Positions 1 to 8,667 of a stretch of 64,000 nucleotides of DNA are shown in pieces. The translations under genes and the position numbers were made by a program. Within the stretch, counting starts at the first letter, position 1; the number at the start of each line of letters is the position of its first letter. Under the pieces are notes generated by a model, which was given only the letters and a program-made list of their open reading frames with translations, had not been told where the DNA came from and made no database searches. The stretch is from the NCBI GenBank assembly GCA_021852265.1, contig JAJZNV010000016.1, forward strand, positions 189-64,188. Direction: 5' to 3'. The DNA is from Nanobdellota archaeon. GTDB taxonomy: Archaea > Nanobdellota > Nanobdellia > Parvarchaeales > Parvarchaeaceae.

Positions 1-381
1 GGAATTGTACAGACCTTATATAGTTTAAGAGTGTATTATTTGAATAATTTTATTCACCACTTTATAATAGAAAGCCTTATATATCAACAGTCTTCTATTC
101 ATTGGTAATAAAAAGGAGGCATACACGTTTTTAATCCATTCCTCGAATGCACTCTCGAGAAGGTTAGAGACGGCTTAAGCAGGCGACATGGTAAGCTGAT
201 AGAAGCCCATGGTCCTTGTGTAGATTATTTGGATGAATGGATTGGGTTAAAAAATTAGCGGAAAAAGTCGAAGTTTCATTTTACAGGATATTGTAAAACT
301 ATGCGTATAAAGGAAATTATGGGAGATAAGTGATATATTACGCAAAAAAAAGATTTATCTTATATATTTGATGAACAGACA

Positions 382-1134
382 GTGCAGCAAGGGGAACATG
401 CCCAGTTTTTTGCTTGTAATGAAGTTTATTCTCCCTCTGTATTATATGCTCTGAAGAAGTATCGTGGCATAAACAAGGCGATAATGTTATGCGGCGACGG
501 CGTACATGTCCTTGGTTTATACCAATACCTAAGAAAAGGCAATAACATTAAAAGAATTGATGTAATAGACAATAACGGAGCACAGTTAAAAGTGTTCATG
601 GATCTTATTGACGAAATAAATGCAGTAGATGACTTTAGGGACAGACGTAAGAAATTGGAAGAAAAGTTGGCTATAGAATGGATGTGTTCGACCAATTTTA
701 GATGCAACTATCGAAACCTACCAAAACCGGAGGACTCTTTGCACAGCGCAAGATTCTATCTGCACCGAGCAGACATAGTTGAATACCTTCAAAGACTTAC
801 GGGAAAAGATGCCGGTAGATACTATGTCTACCTTTCTAACGCACCATTCTCCGCGTGGTTAAATGACTATGACTCTTCTTGGTTACTCTCTTACATTGCC
901 TCGTCTAAAATCTTCAAAGGGGGAACAGTAGTACACATACAATATCATCTCGATAGGCCGCTTTTCTTAGTGAAGAAAAATGGCTTACTAAAAATGAGTC
1001 CTTACGTAAAATCCGTACACGAATCTGTATTAGGTGAAAAATTTGAAATAAAGGAAACAACGGAAGGGGGGTATCATGTATACATGACAGATAAGCCCGC
1101 CGATCCTAAAATATGTCACTCCAGAATTATTTAG
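382..1134 (+). CDS. hypothetical protein (start uncertain: track start is GTG, first in-frame ATG is at 484)
   Basis: 250-codon ORF with no motif I recognise. Antisense ORF 426..707 is judged a shadow. Confidence 0.45.
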   Translation: MQQGEHAQFFACNEVYSPSVLYALKKYRGINKAIMLCGDGVHVLGLYQYLRKGNNIKRIDVIDNNGAQLKVFMDLIDEINAVDDFRDRRKKLEEKLAIEWMCSTNFRCNYRNLPKPEDSLHSARFYLHRADIVEYLQRLTGKDAGRYYVYLSNAPFSAWLNDYDSSWLLSYIASSKIFKGGTVVHIQYHLDRPLFLVKKNGLLKMSPYVKSVHESVLGEKFEIKETTEGGYHVYMTDKPADPKICHSRII

Positions 1135-1188
1135 TGTAGGACGTTTTTAAAGATGAATTAATATACTTGAAACCACCATAGAATAATT

Positions 1189-2889
1189 ATGACAGATTAT
1201 CAAATCGATAATAAATTCAATGACGCCTTCAGACAGCAAGCCTTAGGAATCTCTATCGGGGAGAGAAACCAGCTAGCTGAGTTTTCAAGACTGTTAAGGA
1301 CCGGCGCTAAGATGGTCGAAATTGACCTTGCGAGTCTGTATGGTTATACCGGTGAGGGTACCCCTGCCAACAGGATAACACGCACGGAGCGGGAATCTAT
1401 AGGGAACCTTGCAAAAACAAATGATATGGATCTTAGTGTGCATGCTCCCTGGTCTATAAACTTTTCTGGTATAAACCCCGATCCTCGTAGCCTTAAAAAA
1501 GAGGAAGAGTACCAGGAACAGATGCGCAATGAGATGAAGTCTGCAATAAATTTCGCGGATGACGTAAGCAAGAGGATGGGGAGAGAACACATGCCAATAA
1601 TATTCCACGCCGCATCGGATCATTTGGGTAATCCGGATCCAAATAAACGCCTTTCTGTATACGACAATGAAGAAGAGAAAGCGATGAGCGTCGGCAGAGA
1701 GAGGATAGCAATGGTGCCGGGCGATTTTAAGCGTGTCTATGGTGAAGAAACTTACAATAAGTTAAAATTTGGTATAACTCCCACGGAAGATGGTAAGGGA
1801 ATGACACTTTCACCTTCGGCGGCGCTGGAGTTCTATAAGGATCAGACTAGGATGGACCTAAATCAAAAAAGAGTCAGTCTGGAGGTCAGCAAGCGTAATC
1901 TGGAGATGCAAAAGATGGACTTAGCAAATGAATTAGCGATGGCTTCTGCAAATGGTGAGCTGCAGAAGATTGATGAACTATCAAAGAGAAAGACTACCTT
2001 TGACCAGATGGAGAAGGATTTAAACGTCCAGAGAGAGCTTCTGGACAATGCAATAGGACGAATAGAAACTCGCTTTTCAAGATTTGATGAGAAGGCACCA
2101 ATGTTAGCGGCGGAAGGGATAAAGGACGCTGCACTATTATCGCTGAAGACAAAGACACAGCCGATGATTTTGGTGGAAAATACGATGACTCCAGATATGT
2201 CTCTTAGTAGACCCCGCGATGTTGCAGAGGCGGTCGCAAGAGCTAGGCAGCTTTTCGTAGAAGAAGAAGTAAAGCAGGGGATGCATGAGAGCGATGCCAG
2301 AAAACTAAGCGAGGACATGATAGGCGTAAATCTTGATGTAGGGCACCTAAACATTTTCAAATCATATGGATTAAAGGATACCGATATAACTAAGATGCTA
2401 ACAGAAGGCAATAAAGTAAAGGATGAGCACGGAAACACGATATTCATGCCAAATATATCTGAATTTGTAAAGAGATATCACTTGAATGATAACATGGGAG
2501 ACATAGACGCGCACCTCCCGCTTGGAGAGGGAACTACGCCAGTGAAGGAGATATTTGAGACACTACAAAATGCAGGAGTAGCAGCACCAGCAATCATGGA
2601 AGTGTTCGGCGGTCCTGGCGGAATAGAAGCAGGGATGACCGAATCAATGCAGTATCTCGGGACGCCGATATCAGCAGATATGCCGTACATGAGCCCACCA
2701 GCCTATGCAGGTAAGCCTTATTCATCTCTTATCGGAGATTACTCGTCATCAGCATTTTATTCAAGCTTGGGACTAAGAAACGATCTGTTTCCTAGTTCCG
2801 GCTTTACTGGTCTCGGACCCATACTGGGTGCGGGATACATGGAAAACAATAGAGGAGGTGGCAGCTTCTCTGGAGCACCGTTATTTTAA
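1189..2889 (+). CDS. xylose-isomerase-like TIM-barrel (AP endonuclease 2 / sugar phosphate isomerase family) protein with internal coiled-coil insertion and S/G/Y-rich tail
   Basis: Motifs spaced as in the metal-binding TIM-barrel family: VEIDL, SVHAPWSINF, IIFHAASDH, NLDVGHLNIF, HLNDNMGDIDAHLPLGEGT. A heptad-like charged insertion lies at roughly aa 215-330. The C-terminal 70 aa are low complexity. Confidence 0.5.
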   Translation: MTDYQIDNKFNDAFRQQALGISIGERNQLAEFSRLLRTGAKMVEIDLASLYGYTGEGTPANRITRTERESIGNLAKTNDMDLSVHAPWSINFSGINPDPRSLKKEEEYQEQMRNEMKSAINFADDVSKRMGREHMPIIFHAASDHLGNPDPNKRLSVYDNEEEKAMSVGRERIAMVPGDFKRVYGEETYNKLKFGITPTEDGKGMTLSPSAALEFYKDQTRMDLNQKRVSLEVSKRNLEMQKMDLANELAMASANGELQKIDELSKRKTTFDQMEKDLNVQRELLDNAIGRIETRFSRFDEKAPMLAAEGIKDAALLSLKTKTQPMILVENTMTPDMSLSRPRDVAEAVARARQLFVEEEVKQGMHESDARKLSEDMIGVNLDVGHLNIFKSYGLKDTDITKMLTEGNKVKDEHGNTIFMPNISEFVKRYHLNDNMGDIDAHLPLGEGTTPVKEIFETLQNAGVAAPAIMEVFGGPGGIEAGMTESMQYLGTPISADMPYMSPPAYAGKPYSSLIGDYSSSAFYSSLGLRNDLFPSSGFTGLGPILGAGYMENNRGGGSFSGAPLF

Positions 2890-2891
2890 AT

Positions 2892-3680
2892 ATGGATGAA
2901 AATAAAGAAGTAGGAAAATTAGCAATAAAGGGGTATGATGCGGCATTTAAGTTTGCAAAAGGAATATTTGAGAAATATCCGAAGCTGTTGAAGACGATAG
3001 TGCTGTTTGGTTCTTTCAGCAAAGGTAAGGAGACCGACAAAAGCGATGTCGACATAATGTTAATAATGGACGATGTTATGAATGACCTTAATAATAAGGT
3101 ACTTCTGGGCGGATTTTATTCTGATGTTGATAGTCTACTTGCAGAAGAGAAGTCTATCAAGCTGCACATCAATTTTGTCACACTGACTGCCTTTTGGAAG
3201 GGAGTGCTAGCAGCCGACCCCGTTTCGGTTAACGTGCTTAAGTACGGTTTGCCACTTATAGATACTGGCTACTTTGAACCGCTTAAGGTGCTTCTGGACA
3301 GAGGGGAGATAAAGCCGACTGAAGAATCGATATACGCCTCGCTTTCTCGCAGCCAGTTATATGCGGAGTCTGCAAGATTAAGGATTGGAGGGGCCATAAC
3401 GGATATGTACTGGTCCGCAATAAATTCAGCGCAGGCACTTATAATGCGTCAGGGAGAAGTCCCGCCGTCACCAGAAACGATAGGAGACTTTTTAGCCTCG
3501 CTTGAGAGGATGCACATCGTAAATAATGAGGATATATTAACATTCAACGATATATTCACGCTCGGTAAAAAATTATTGCATGGTGATAAAATAGATGTAA
3601 GCGGCGCGGATCTCGATAAGTTCATAGCAAAGGGAATGCGCTTTAATGAGAAGATGATAAAGCTCGTTGAAAGCAAGTGA
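2892..3680 (+). CDS. nucleotidyltransferase-domain protein (Pol-beta/KNTase-like, with helical C-terminal domain)
   Basis: LFGSFSKGKETDKSDVDIMLIMDD matches the GS-x(n)-DxD minimal nucleotidyltransferase signature. The start codon follows the upstream stop by 2 nt (taaatATG). Confidence 0.7.
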   Translation: MDENKEVGKLAIKGYDAAFKFAKGIFEKYPKLLKTIVLFGSFSKGKETDKSDVDIMLIMDDVMNDLNNKVLLGGFYSDVDSLLAEEKSIKLHINFVTLTAFWKGVLAADPVSVNVLKYGLPLIDTGYFEPLKVLLDRGEIKPTEESIYASLSRSQLYAESARLRIGGAITDMYWSAINSAQALIMRQGEVPPSPETIGDFLASLERMHIVNNEDILTFNDIFTLGKKLLHGDKIDVSGADLDKFIAKGMRFNEKMIKLVESK

Positions 3681-4256
3681 TTAGATAAGATAGCTGACTA
3701 GAAAGCCCACAATTGCACTCAATAATGCGATAGTTGCGCCTATCCCGATGGTTTTGAATCCATTTTTGAGTTTCTCATGTAGATGTTCCTGGTGGTACGC
3801 TCCTATAAAACCTAATATAATTAGAGTCATGGTCAATGAGGTTATACTTGCAGGTTCTATGCCGGCACTTCCCATAAAATAAAATGCAATGTACGGAGCT
3901 AACACTATCAAGCTGCCTACTAATGTGAATACAAAACTTTGGGTAGCGTACCTTATACTTTTCTCCTGTTTGCTTTTTTTTAGTTTAATGGGATTATAAT
4001 CTTTTAGGAAGAGTATTTCCTTATACTCTAGAAGCTGCTGGCCCGTACTGAAGGTTTCCGCATTGTAAGTCGCGAACATGTTAGATAGCGCATTCGTAAG
4101 CCCTCCAAGCAATATCGATGCAAATGTGAGGCTATACGCATGAAAGAAGGAGATACCCAACGAAAGTCCTATACCTACAAATAAACCATCACTTATCCCC
4201 AATATAGTGTATCTGGCCTTAGCCCTTTCCATGAGATGTGACAGTTGCCTCGTCAA
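3681..4256 (-). CDS. VIT1/CCC1-family (DUF125-like) integral membrane protein
   Basis: N-terminal ILGISDGLFVGIGLSLG resembles the VIT-family GxxDGL motif. There are about 5 hydrophobic segments. Overlaps the upstream DUF211 gene by 38 nt. Confidence 0.5.
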   Translation of the reverse strand: MTRQLSHLMERAKARYTILGISDGLFVGIGLSLGISFFHAYSLTFASILLGGLTNALSNMFATYNAETFSTGQQLLEYKEILFLKDYNPIKLKKSKQEKSIRYATQSFVFTLVGSLIVLAPYIAFYFMGSAGIEPASITSLTMTLIILGFIGAYHQEHLHEKLKNGFKTIGIGATIALLSAIVGFLVSYLI

Positions 4257-4485
4257 GGCTATTTATCGCAGCACCGCGTTCTTTCATTGCTTTCTGTACT
4301 CCATGAAAGTCTATTTTAGTGCCCTCAATGGTTATCTTAAGCCCCTCGGTCCTTATGTCGACTTCCTCAACTTTTATAGAAACCGAACCATTTTTAACAT
4401 TTTTGGATATATCAGACGCCAAATCGATTATGTTATATTCACCGACAGGTTTTACCGCATCGATTACTAGTCTGCTTAAACGCAT
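4219..4485 (-). CDS. DUF211-family small protein
   Basis: MRLSRLVIDAVKPVGEYNIIDLA... resembles the archaeal DUF211 N-terminus (RRLVLDVLKPH...), and the 88-aa size fits. A TATA-like ttataaa lies on this strand about 27 nt upstream. Confidence 0.55.
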   Translation of the reverse strand: MRLSRLVIDAVKPVGEYNIIDLASDISKNVKNGSVSIKVEEVDIRTEGLKITIEGTKIDFHGVQKAMKERGAAINSLDEATVTSHGKG

Positions 4486-4537
4486 ATGATTATATCTATA
4501 CCGGTCTACGTTATAAATACATTGGAAAAAACAAACC

Positions 4538-4545
4538 TTTAAATA
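4538..4545 (+). promoter_or_regulatory. TATA box (TTTAAATA) for the leaderless transcript of 4567 gene
   Basis: Ends 22 nt before the ATG at 4567, the same spacing as at many other genes in the window. Confidence 0.5.
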
Positions 4546-4566
4546 CGAAAAAATAGTTTTACTCTT

Positions 4567-4923
4567 ATGGATACATTTAAAAAGGCACAGGGGTTGCCAA
4601 TAAATACCATTATACTCATAGCAATAGGTCTTCTGATTCTAGTCCTTTTTATAACCTTTGTTTTGGGTGGATTCGGCACTCTAGGAAGCGGCACAGGTGG
4701 CGGCAGTCAGGCTTTGGCGGCATTCCAAACCCAGTGTCAGACTTACTGTACCGATGCACAACAAACACTTAGCACTCCAACGCAGTGGTGTAGTGCAACT
4801 GACAGAATATCGAATACTCTTTATAACTGTGCAAATACCACATCTATCGGTGTTTCTTGTAAGATTGGCTCAAAGACATATGGGCCTACAACTGGTACCA
4901 ATGGTTTACCTAAAAATTGTTAA
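4567..4923 (+). CDS. small secreted Cys-rich protein with pilin-like N-terminus
   Basis: MDTFKKAQGLPINTIILIAIGLLILVLFITFVLGG has a short basic N-terminus followed by a long hydrophobic helix, like a class III signal. The mature part has 6 Cys and is T/S/G rich. Confidence 0.45.
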   Translation: MDTFKKAQGLPINTIILIAIGLLILVLFITFVLGGFGTLGSGTGGGSQALAAFQTQCQTYCTDAQQTLSTPTQWCSATDRISNTLYNCANTTSIGVSCKIGSKTYGPTTGTNGLPKNC

Positions 4924-4982
4924 AAAATTTAAAATGGTTCGGTAGAGTGCAGATTTTTATACCTTTATATTAATATTATATT

Positions 4983-5609
4983 ATGACCCCTGCAAGACAG
5001 ACTTCATCCACGATTTTAGGAATTATCCCGATTATAATAATTGTGATAGTTATACTCTACTCATTTAGCCACAATTTTCTCATAATTGATACCTGTCCAG
5101 GAAGTCATGTTCTTATAGTCACAAGCACCGCAAGACAGTGCTTCCCGTCTTTTAATCAGACAGTCATTGTTAATGGCACCCCATATACCTTAAATTCATC
5201 CTTCGCAATTTCAGATGGCAGTGTAATCCCATTGGATTTCAGATTTTTAGGAGAAAATCCACTTCTTTATATCTGGAACCAAAACAAGTCTGAAAACCCT
5301 GGCTCTTATGTCTTCTTGACCATACCGGACACGTTTAAAATGCATATGCAGTATGTCTCAAATGTTTCCACCGAATTTATAATAATGAACAGCTCTCAGT
5401 ATGTTCGCTGGGTAAATTCCAGAGGGACAAATTTCAAATATGTAAGCTCGTACAGCGGAAGAACTATCTCAACATGGTTTAATGAGAGTGCAGGCTGTGC
5501 CGGTTACGTTGCGATAATAAAAGCAGTTTCCAACTCCGCTTTCTTTATAGCACCGAATGAAACGGCGTTATATGACCCCGCCCCGAATGCTACCGGTGCA
5601 TGCGCCTAA
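4983..5609 (+). CDS. membrane-anchored or secreted protein with many N-x-S/T sequons
   Basis: N-terminal hydrophobic segment ILGIIPIIIIVIVILYSF and numerous NxS/T sites. A TATA-like tttttata ends 22 nt upstream of the ATG. Confidence 0.5.
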   Translation: MTPARQTSSTILGIIPIIIIVIVILYSFSHNFLIIDTCPGSHVLIVTSTARQCFPSFNQTVIVNGTPYTLNSSFAISDGSVIPLDFRFLGENPLLYIWNQNKSENPGSYVFLTIPDTFKMHMQYVSNVSTEFIIMNSSQYVRWVNSRGTNFKYVSSYSGRTISTWFNESAGCAGYVAIIKAVSNSAFFIAPNETALYDPAPNATGACA

Positions 5610-5629
5610 AATCGGAAACAAAAGTCAGT

Positions 5630-5637
5630 TTTAAATT
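5630..5637 (+). promoter_or_regulatory. TATA box (TTTAAATT) for the 5659-8142 operon
   Basis: Ends 22 nt upstream of the ATG at 5659. Confidence 0.5.
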
Positions 5638-5658
5638 CTTATAGATACATACAGACAC

Positions 5659-6279
5659 ATGGAAATGAATGTCTTTGACGCCGTAAATGAGATTAAAAAA
5701 TTCTACGACGGTACCGGCTCACTGTCAAATCTCCGAGGGATAATACCTGCCAAAAAACTAGATATAAGTTTAGAGCATTTGGACGGTGCTGTAAAAATAA
5801 AAGTATCACATCCTCTTCGGCTTAAAATTGAAGAAATTTACAAAATCCTTCTTAGACTTTTCATGGTCAGCTCAACTGATTTAACAGTGGAATTTATTAT
5901 GAACGGAAAGCACAAGAGTGTTTCCAAAAAATTTGGGGCAGATGAAAGCATAGCAGAGACAATAAATGACCTCTTGGACTTGCCGCATGAGCAGCTATTG
6001 GATATAATAGTAGAGACCGAGTATTTTAAATTGGTGTCGGTAAAGGATCTTAGTGATACAATTTCTATCATAATGAAGAAAGGCGATCAGAAAACGCTGT
6101 TCAGAAGTCTCATGAATTATCTATTCCCTTTTATTTCGGTATCTGCGGATAAATCTGCAAAGGAAGAAATAATATTTGATCAACAGAGAGACGAATTAGT
6201 AGTTGATGTAGCGCTGAATGTCGATGGTGCATCATTAGGAGTAAAGTCTAAGAAAGTTAGGCTATTAGATAGGGTATGA
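5659..6279 (+). CDS. hypothetical soluble protein, first gene of the KaiC-like/GTPase operon
   Basis: 206-codon ORF whose stop overlaps the next start (ATGA, 6276..6279). No recognisable motif. Confidence 0.5.
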   Translation: MEMNVFDAVNEIKKFYDGTGSLSNLRGIIPAKKLDISLEHLDGAVKIKVSHPLRLKIEEIYKILLRLFMVSSTDLTVEFIMNGKHKSVSKKFGADESIAETINDLLDLPHEQLLDIIVETEYFKLVSVKDLSDTISIIMKKGDQKTLFRSLMNYLFPFISVSADKSAKEEIIFDQQRDELVVDVALNVDGASLGVKSKKVRLLDRV

Positions 6280-6941
6280 ACGGGATGGCAACAGGATTTC
6301 CGTCTTTCGATAATTTGAGCGGCGGATTGGAGCCACGAAAGACGTATCTCTTAAACGGCGATAAGGAAAGCGGCAAGGAATATTTCGCGTATAAGCTGGC
6401 CGTAAATTCACTCGCAGCAAAAACTGGCGTTGTGTACATCACAACAAATAAGTCTTATACGGACCTTATATCTGAGTTCAACTCGAGATCCCTGCCCATA
6501 TCACAGTATCTTGGTTCTACTCTGAAGATATTAGACAGCTTCACAAGGAGTATATCTCCTACTGCCACCGATAACCAGTATACTAAGATATTGAATGGTC
6601 CATTGGATTTAACTGGTTTATCCGTCGCCCTCTCCAATGCGAATGCCGAATTTCTTAAGGATGCACGACCGGTAATAAACGTTTTTGATTCGGTTTCCTC
6701 CCTTCTCTTATACAACAATCCAGCAACATTTTTCAGATTTATGCAGTTTATATGCGGCCGGGCTAAGATGTCTGGAGTAATGACCATTTTTCTATTGGAT
6801 AACCAGATGCATGCAAATGAGGTTAACGAGACTATAAAGTCCTTAACCGACGCGATAATATCACTGAAGGTCCAAGACGGTAAAAGGTATTTTAGGCTTA
6901 CTGGTACCGCAAAAGAGGTCTTAAACTGGGAGGAATTATAA
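6276..6941 (+). CDS. KaiC/RecA-superfamily (FlaH/ArlH-like) protein with degenerate Walker A
   Basis: The layout follows single-domain KaiC-like ATPases: GFPSFDNLSGGLEPRKTYLLNGDKESGKEYFAYKLA, a Walker B-like VINVFDSVSSLL, and MTIFLLDNQ. Walker A reads GDKESGKE, with E where S/T is expected. Confidence 0.65.
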   Translation: MNGMATGFPSFDNLSGGLEPRKTYLLNGDKESGKEYFAYKLAVNSLAAKTGVVYITTNKSYTDLISEFNSRSLPISQYLGSTLKILDSFTRSISPTATDNQYTKILNGPLDLTGLSVALSNANAEFLKDARPVINVFDSVSSLLLYNNPATFFRFMQFICGRAKMSGVMTIFLLDNQMHANEVNETIKSLTDAIISLKVQDGKRYFRLTGTAKEVLNWEEL

Positions 6942-6942
6942 G

Positions 6943-8142
6943 ATGAAAGATCCTCTATTTGGAATAGGAAAACTCGATGATGAGCTGACAGGCATACCAG
7001 ATAAAAAAATAGTGCTTTTGTCGGCGTCTCCGTCCGTCGGAAACGAGGTTTTCGGATACCAGATAATACATAATAATCTGCTACATAAGAATAAAGTCCT
7101 ATTATACCTGAACAGGACCTCACCGCAGTCATACTTGACGGAAATGAAAGACTATGATTTTATAGCGGATGCAAATCTTACAATAATAGATTCATACAGC
7201 AACATGACGGGGATACAGTCAAGCAGCACCTCTAATACTGTAATTGTTGAAAATCCATCCGATGGTGAAGAGATAAAAAAGAAATTAAGCGCTGAATTAG
7301 AAAAGGGTTATGATCTCGTCTTGATAGACTCGTTATCGCTGGTAATAGATGCCTTTGACTTTAATTATGCAATGTCGATAATCGACCTTGTGAAGTCAAA
7401 ACTCGATATTAAGAAGGGCTCATCCGTGCTCTTATTTACCGACTGGGATTATGGGACTAATGAGATAAGCTCCCTCGTCTCAAAGGTAAACGCAGAAGTG
7501 GAGATAAGAGGGATAGAAAAAAGGGTGATATTCGGACAGTATTTTGCCGTGATAAAATGTGATTGGGTCAAAGAGAAAAATTTCTCGTCAGTGCTGTTCA
7601 AATCCGTAAAACCTGGCGGAATAAAAATCTATTTCCCGAAAGTATTAATAACCGGACCAACAGATGCCGGTAAGACATCGTTTATACACAGTGCCTCAAG
7701 GGATGCTGTAAGCGTTGACAGGCTCGGCGGCACCATTGCACTGGACCATGGCAACCTGGATTTTGAAGGCTATAAAGCAGACCTTTTCGGCACTCCTGGC
7801 CAAGAAAGGTTTGATCCACTCCTAAAATTATTGGGAGGAGAAGCGATAGGTGTAATATTAATTGTCGACGCGACAAAACCGGATCAATTCCCGAGAGCGA
7901 TAGAAATGTTAAGAAAAACCGAGAGTTATGGATTGCCAATAGTTGTAGTGGCGAATAAGGCAAATCTCCCGGGTGCACTTTCGGTTGAAGAGCTAAAAGA
8001 TAAGCTTCATCTCGGAAAGGACGCGCCGCTGGTGCAGACCATCGCAGAAGACCTGTCACATATCGACCCGAATGAGCCGACAAAATTAAAAAAGGAGGGA
8101 GTAGAACAAGCGTTGAGAGCGTTGTTTAAGCAATTGACATAA
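6943..8142 (+). CDS. fusion protein: degenerate KaiC/FlaH-like domain + small Ras/MglA/CvnD-like GTPase
   Basis: The N-terminal half is KaiC-like: GIGKLDDELTGIPDKKIVLLSASPSVGNEVFGYQII (P-loop Lys replaced by Asn), YDLVLIDSLSLVI, VLLFTDW. The C-terminal half carries G1 GPTDAGKTSF, G3 DLFGTPGQERF and a G4-like VVANKAN. Confidence 0.7.
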   Translation: MKDPLFGIGKLDDELTGIPDKKIVLLSASPSVGNEVFGYQIIHNNLLHKNKVLLYLNRTSPQSYLTEMKDYDFIADANLTIIDSYSNMTGIQSSSTSNTVIVENPSDGEEIKKKLSAELEKGYDLVLIDSLSLVIDAFDFNYAMSIIDLVKSKLDIKKGSSVLLFTDWDYGTNEISSLVSKVNAEVEIRGIEKRVIFGQYFAVIKCDWVKEKNFSSVLFKSVKPGGIKIYFPKVLITGPTDAGKTSFIHSASRDAVSVDRLGGTIALDHGNLDFEGYKADLFGTPGQERFDPLLKLLGGEAIGVILIVDATKPDQFPRAIEMLRKTESYGLPIVVVANKANLPGALSVEELKDKLHLGKDAPLVQTIAEDLSHIDPNEPTKLKKEGVEQALRALFKQLT

Positions 8143-8144
8143 TG

Positions 8145-8152
8145 CTTAAATT
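8145..8152 (+). promoter_or_regulatory. TATA box (CTTAAATT) for the Roadblock gene
   Basis: Ends 22 nt upstream of the ATG at 8174. Confidence 0.45.
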
Positions 8153-8173
8153 GCGCACGCACAAACAATAGTT

Positions 8174-8548
8174 ATGGCAACAAAATCAGAATCACTGAGA
8201 CTAGTACTAGAGAATCTCGGTAATGTTGGTGGAATAAAAGCTTCTGCAGTTATATCGGTTGACGGACTGCCCATAGTGTCACTTATGCCACAAGATGTCG
8301 ATCCCAATAATTTTGCAGCAATGCTTGCTTCAATGGTCGGTGCCGCCGAAACAGCAATAAAGTCTCTTGGCTCCAAGAATATAATCGATAGCGTAATCGC
8401 AGAATCCAGAGATGTGCGAGTCATAGCTGTAAAAGCGGGTGAAGATGCTATCCTTACCGTAATGGTCGATCCTGCTACCAATTATGGTCTCGTGCGGCTG
8501 GAAGCGAAAAGATCATCGGACCAGATAGCTAAGATAATGAAAGAGTAA
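8174..8548 (+). CDS. Roadblock/LC7 (MglB/CvnB-like) domain protein
   Basis: LENLGNVGGIKASAVISVDGLPIVS is the typical Roadblock/LC7 N-terminal motif. The 124-aa size is typical and the gene is adjacent to a small GTPase. Confidence 0.75.
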   Translation: MATKSESLRLVLENLGNVGGIKASAVISVDGLPIVSLMPQDVDPNNFAAMLASMVGAAETAIKSLGSKNIIDSVIAESRDVRVIAVKAGEDAILTVMVDPATNYGLVRLEAKRSSDQIAKIMKE

Positions 8549-8667
8549 AAAATACATATTTCGAAATATCTACCTTAGTGTATATTAAAACCAATTATTC
8601 TTTTGCATTGCACTATATACAAACTCTGCTAACTGGATATCAAATTTATCCCTAAGAGAACTATAAG

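Noticed and set aside
369-454. UGAUGA (369..374) and a downstream CUGA (~451), suggesting a C/D box sRNA.
   Set aside because: The spacing of about 85 nt is too long for archaeal C/D sRNAs. No convincing C'/D' boxes or terminal stem are present, and the region overlaps the start of a 250-codon ORF.
4207-4470. 87-aa plus-strand ORF opposite the DUF211 gene, and the 82-aa ORF 4697..4945 overlapping the 4567 gene.
   Set aside because: The competing frames have recognisable features (a DUF211 N-terminal pattern; a pilin-like signal with its promoter). These ORFs have none.
6455-7132. 225-aa minus-strand ORF spanning the junction of the two KaiC-like genes.
   Set aside because: It is antisense to two coupled plus-strand genes with recognisable domain motifs. 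It has no promoter-like element at the window's usual spacing and no motif.
8556-8569. 14-bp perfect palindrome ATATTTCGAAATAT after the Roadblock gene.
   Set aside because: It is short and almost entirely A/T. Such palindromes are expected by chance in this composition. At most it is a weak bidirectional terminator between convergent genes.
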